DNA of 21,016 nucleotides from Oligoflexia bacterium (GTDB lineage Bacteria; Bdellovibrionota; UBA1018): NCBI GenBank assembly GCA_043732485.1, contig JAYTHP010000246.1, positions 1 to 21,016 of the forward strand, read 5' to 3'. Shown piece by piece: positions 16,825 to 21,016 of this stretch (position 1 is its first letter; each line of letters starts with the position of its first letter). The notes under the pieces were generated by a model. It saw only the letters and a program-made list of their open reading frames with translations, ran no database searches and was not told where the DNA came from. The position numbers and the translations under genes were made by a program.

Positions 16825-19422
16825 ATGACTTACGACCCATCATCAGCATCACCACCCACCCTTTCACGAGCAACACCCCTCAGCCAAGGCCAGCAAGTCC
16901 GAAACAGGGCCGCTTGGTATTGCTGGTTTCGGCGGATCAACCTGGTGGTGAGCGCGTTGATCGGTGCGGGATTGGTGTGGGTGGGTTTTAATTCTTGGGA
17001 CTCCTATCAGCAGGTGACTTATAATTTTGACCATCTCTCGCACTTTATCCCGACGCGGGTTTACTCCGATTTAACGCCGGTGAAGCTCGGCATGAGCAGG
17101 CTTGCAATTACCAAGCGCCTCAGTGGCTTGGGTTACGTTTTGAGTGACGAGCTGTCCCCGCAAACCCTCCAGGAGTTTACGGCAGAGTCGCCGCTTGGGT
17201 CTCAGGTAGCGTTTAAGGTAATGAAGCCAAAATTCTTAGCCTTTTTGCTGCATCCGTTGGATTATCCAGCTCGCTTGTTGCTGCAAGGCCAAGCGCAAGT
17301 GGAGGCGGAGGCAATCGCTTCAGCGCCTATGCCTGCGGTGTCTGAGTCACCGGTTTGCCTCAGCTTGTGTGCTGCGGACTTCAAGGAAGCCGAAGCACCG
17401 CTGGTGGAGATGCACTTTGAATCGGGGCAAGAGCAGGCAAGGCTCGTGGCGCTGCGGGTAAATCATCACCCGAGGTCGGCGGTTTTTTTAGAGCCCCAGC
17501 TAGTGGCAAGCCTCCAGCCGGGCTGGGATCGCAGTTCACGGGTGATTCGTGATCCTTTGCAATTCAGTTCGGTACCTGCGCAGGTCTGGCAGGCGATTAT
17601 GGCAGTTGAGGATCACCATTTTCTGGATCACCCGGGACTTGATCCTTCGGGGATCGCACGCGCCATGTGGGTCAATGTGAAGACTCTCTCGTTTGCCCAG
17701 GGCGGCAGCACCTTGACTCAGCAGCTGGTGAAAAACTTACTGACCCGCCGCGGCAAAAACCTCGGCCGTAAGGTCAATGAAGCTATCTTAGCCTTGTTAC
17801 TCGAGGTGCGTTACTCGAAAAAGCAGATTTTAGAGCGCTATTTGAACGAGGTCTACTTGGGACAAGTGGGCGCGCTGGAAGTCCACGGAGTGGCCGAAGG
17901 CGCCGAGCTGTTTTTTGGCAAGCGGCTGGAAGATCTCAACACTGCAGAAATCGCCCTGATGGCAGGCTTGGTGCGTGGACCGGGATATTATTCTCCCTAC
18001 CGCTTTCGTGAGCGCGCCGTGGAGCGACAGCGTGCGGTTTTAAAGAAAATGGCTGAGGCTGGTTATTTGTCAGAAAACGAAGCGAAAGCGGCAAGCGACC
18101 TGCCGCTGCGCTTTGCGGCGCCGCAGGCTGCGGCCAGTCAGGCGCTCTTTTTTGTCGACTTCGTCAAAGCGGAATTGCTCAGCCTTTTAAAAGAGAAGAT
18201 GTCAGACACGGAAATCATGGAGTCGGGTCTGAAGGTCTACACCAGTCTCGATCTCACGCTCAACCAGCAGGCCCAACTCTTGGTCAGTGAGGGGGTGAGC
18301 CAGTGGGAGCAGCAACATCACTGGCCTGCAGGGAGCCGTTTAGAGGCGATTTTAGCCAGCGCCGAGGTGGAAAGCGGTTTTTTAAAAGTGCTGATTGGCG
18401 GTCGAGATCATGGACAAAGTGCTTTTAATCGTATCTTGAATATGAAGCGGCAAGTCGGCTCGACGTTTAAGCCGATCATTTACTTGGCGGCCTTTTTGCA
18501 AGGCAAAGATCCAGTCGGTGTGCCTTATGGGCCGGCCCATTTAATTGAGGACGCGCCCTGGACCTGGAGCTATGATCATGGGCGACAAGCCTGGAGTCCA
18601 CAGAATTATGAGCGCGCTTATTTGGGATGGATGTCTTACCGGCAGGCGCTGGCGGCCTCGGTAAATGTGGCTGCCGCAAAATTGTTACAAGAGGTGGGGC
18701 TTGAGAAAGTCACGGAGGTGGCCAGAAGTTTAGGGGTCACGTCGGATTTGCCGCAAGTGCCCTCGTTGGCCTTAGGTGTGGCGGAGCTTTCCCCACTTGA
18801 GCTTTTAAAAGTCTATCAGACCCTAGCCCATCAGGGAGTGCGCAAGGCGTTAGGGGCGATCCGCGTAGTGAGCCGTGCAGATGGCTCGGAACTGCTCGCC
18901 TGCTCTCATCCCGTGGAAAGTGAGTTGCCGGCGCCCCCGGTCGAGCTGCTGACTGATATGCTCGCAAGTGTGGTCACTAGTGGGACGGCGCAAGGGATTA
19001 AAAAGTTGGGATTTTTACGCCCGGCTGCTGGAAAAACCGGCACCACGAGCGATCACCATGACGCCTGGTTTATCGGTTTCACCCCCCGCCAGCTCACCAC
19101 CGTGGTGTGGGTGGGGTTGGATCGCACGCAAGAAGCCGGGCGCTCACTGACCAAGTCGCTGGAACATCTGACTGGCGCCAGTGCTGCCTTGCCGATCTGG
19201 GCACGCTTTACGGCGCAAGCTGTGCAGTCCCGGCCGACGCAAGCGTTTGCCCTCTCAGAGGGCTTGGAGCGCCTGACGGTGGACCGCCGCACCGGGCAAC
19301 GACCGGAAGCTCAGTGCCCGGAGAGCGAAAAGGTGGAAGAATTGTTTGTAAAAACGGGCTTAAATGATGGCACTTTGGCTGCACCGGTGTCTTCGCCTGT
19401 TCCTTCGCCTGCTGCCCAGTAA
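16825..19422 (+). CDS. mrcB: Class A penicillin-binding protein 1B (bifunctional transglycosylase/transpeptidase)
   Basis: TM anchor, UB2H-like insert ending LEPQLVASL, GT51 motifs EDHHF, QGGSTLTQQLVKN, RKVNE and YLNEVYLGQ, and transpeptidase motifs STFK, SVN and KTG. Confidence 0.92.
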   Translation: MTYDPSSASPPTLSRATPLSQGQQVRNRAAWYCWFRRINLVVSALIGAGLVWVGFNSWDSYQQVTYNFDHLSHFIPTRVYSDLTPVKLGMSRLAITKRLSGLGYVLSDELSPQTLQEFTAESPLGSQVAFKVMKPKFLAFLLHPLDYPARLLLQGQAQVEAEAIASAPMPAVSESPVCLSLCAADFKEAEAPLVEMHFESGQEQARLVALRVNHHPRSAVFLEPQLVASLQPGWDRSSRVIRDPLQFSSVPAQVWQAIMAVEDHHFLDHPGLDPSGIARAMWVNVKTLSFAQGGSTLTQQLVKNLLTRRGKNLGRKVNEAILALLLEVRYSKKQILERYLNEVYLGQVGALEVHGVAEGAELFFGKRLEDLNTAEIALMAGLVRGPGYYSPYRFRERAVERQRAVLKKMAEAGYLSENEAKAASDLPLRFAAPQAAASQALFFVDFVKAELLSLLKEKMSDTEIMESGLKVYTSLDLTLNQQAQLLVSEGVSQWEQQHHWPAGSRLEAILASAEVESGFLKVLIGGRDHGQSAFNRILNMKRQVGSTFKPIIYLAAFLQGKDPVGVPYGPAHLIEDAPWTWSYDHGRQAWSPQNYERAYLGWMSYRQALAASVNVAAAKLLQEVGLEKVTEVARSLGVTSDLPQVPSLALGVAELSPLELLKVYQTLAHQGVRKALGAIRVVSRADGSELLACSHPVESELPAPPVELLTDMLASVVTSGTAQGIKKLGFLRPAAGKTGTTSDHHDAWFIGFTPRQLTTVVWVGLDRTQEAGRSLTKSLEHLTGASAALPIWARFTAQAVQSRPTQAFALSEGLERLTVDRRTGQRPEAQCPESEKVEELFVKTGLNDGTLAAPVSSPVPSPAAQ

Positions 19423-19429
19423 AGCGAAT

Positions 19430-19458
19430 TTGACTTTAAAAAATAATAATTATATAAT
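19430..19458 (+). promoter_or_regulatory. Near-consensus sigma70 promoter
   Basis: TTGACT (19430-19435), 17-nt spacer, TATAAT (19453-19458). Confidence 0.7.
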
Positions 19459-19804
19459 TTTTTTTTAATAAAAAATAGAGGCCCCCTATTACGTGGGATG
19501 AGGCGACAAGTAAGAACGACAATCAGGGAAAATCCGTGCCTCTGGCCGCATGACTCAAGTATCTGGTAAAGTTGCGTGATTTTTGTCAGGCTTTTGAACA
19601 GGAGGAAAGTGGACGAACTGAGACATCTCTCACATGTCAGTCAGGATGCCAGTCAGGTTTTTAACGGTAGGAAAAGGTTTGGCAGTGAGATCCCGGAGGG
19701 CTCAAACTACTGCTAGTTTTCAGAAAATAGTCAAGCCGTCAAGCCGTGACCCACTTTCCAAGGCGGACAGACTTGACCACCTAGGGATTGCTTGAACCTA
19801 GCAC

Positions 19805-19839
19805 TTTAACTATCTTTTAACCTGTCTTTTAACCTATCT
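19805..19839. repeat. Three imperfect 11-12 nt direct repeats
   Basis: TTTAACTATCT / TTTAACCTGTCT / TTTAACCTATCT in tandem. Confidence 0.8.
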
Positions 19840-20975
19840 TATGGATGAGCAAAATTTACCATGAGGCAAAAAATAGAAAAATTCAAAATTTTACGTGACT
19901 CTCCGAGTATCACTGGAGGAAGCGAGCGAATCTTGTTGTACATTAGTCTTAGAGGGAAAGGTTTTGGAGGCGCAACTGGCGGAAGGAAAAGTCAGTCTTG
20001 CAAAGCGCGGTAGGCCGCCTAAGTCCAATAGGGTGGCTCGCTGCCCTTCATTCAGGAAAAAGTGTGCGCGTTGAGTGAAATGCGCGCTCGAGAGGCAGAG
20101 CTTTTAGGTTCAATGCGAACCCCCGGGGCTCAGCGCAGGAGGCTGATCAGGGTAACGAACCTAGGTCGCAGGCCTGGAGCTCAGAAAGAAGGAGCGATAC
20201 CTTGAGCAACAATGACGGCGTTTTCAAGTCGCAGGGCGAAGCAAGAGAGGCACCGAGCCGCCCAACTCACGTGAGGATCGCTCCGGCGTTTGCTTTTAGC
20301 TTGCCTATGGGGCAACCAATCTTAACCAAAAACTAAGACAATGAAAAAAATTGTTCAAAAAAAAACTGCGGAGACCTAATTGCGCGGCTTTTTGCGGCGA
20401 ATTCCCGTTATTAGGCTTTTAAAGCGAACCTCACTCTTTGCCCTTTAAGTCGAGCGGGGCTGGCGAACCGCTTAGAAAAACTTGTTGAGCCTTCATATTC
20501 TTCGCGCAAAAAAAAAGTAGGTTATTCTTTTGAGCGAACTAAAAAGTAGGCATCGGTGAAAAAATTTTCAGTTTGTCACACCCTCACATCCTTCATAAAG
20601 CTGGCAAGCGTCTTGGGCGAAAACTAGAAGCCTCTGGTTGGGATTGGGCTATGGATTCAAGCGGATGGGAGTAAAGCGATGCCCAGAGCAGGAGAGTCTG
20701 AGTAGAGGTGGCGCAAACGCGCCACCAGGGTTGAGACGTATTCATGAGATGATACTTAAAAGAGACTAACCATCAATAAAAAAAAATTAAAAAAAGAAAA
20801 AAAAATTTAGCCTTAAAGCAGGGAGCATGAGATTGGTCTTTGGCCTCTTGGCTTTAGGTCACGGGCCGGCACTCGGGCTGGGTTTTATCGGTAAGCTGCC
20901 CATATAACCCTGTTTCGAAAGAATCGATTTTACTTTAGCCTCCTAGCAGCACCCAAGAATGCGAAGGAGGACAAG

Positions 20976-21016
20976 ATGAAAAGACGAGCGAAAGCAGTAA
21001 AATTAACCAGCCAAGA
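20976..21016 (+). CDS. Start of a gene running off the window (MKRRAKAVKLTSQ...)
   Basis: Strong SD AAGGAGG at 20964-20970, ATG 5 nt downstream, frame open to the window edge. Confidence 0.6.
   Translation, partial: MKRRAKAVKLTSQ

Noticed and set aside
101..19367. Numerous 60-150 aa ORFs overlapping or antisense to the called genes
   Set aside because: Shadow ORFs with no recognisable motifs; the minus-strand ones within 271-1720 and 11891-12202 are accounted for as pseudogene fragments.
20857..20945. c-di-GMP-I riboswitch suggested by TTCGAAAG and AGCCTCC
   Set aside because: The conserved GCAAA and GACGCAAA elements and the paired stems are missing.
19423..20975. Replication origin in the long AT-rich gap
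   Set aside because: No TTATCCACA-type DnaA boxes were seen, and no origin-associated genes are nearby.

Overview
Bacterial chromosomal window. The housekeeping genes (patatin-like phospholipase, a tandem M16-family peptidase pair, PhnP-like MBL hydrolase, fliL, an outer-membrane beta-barrel, PBP1B) suggest a Bdellovibrionota/deltaproteobacteria-like lineage, but that placement is inference. Two clusters of signal-peptide-bearing, proline-rich, effector-like genes sit among them. Cluster 1 is a 673-aa protein with an 86-aa repeat I do not recognise and a C-terminal region resembling the NEL (IpaH/SspH-type) E3 ubiquitin ligase domain, followed by a heavily decayed paralog whose N-terminal module is doubled. 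Cluster 2 is a stand-alone C80/CPD-like cysteine protease, a His/Gln-rich secreted protein, and a decayed tandem copy of the latter. Both M16 subunits have lost their catalytic motifs. Non-coding signals include a perfect 16-bp inverted repeat, a nested rod-like RNA structure near 6.2 kb, and a near-consensus sigma70 promoter firing into about 1.5 kb with no long ORF. No tRNA, rRNA, CRISPR array or transposase was seen. All homology calls are by eye and from memory; no database searches were run.
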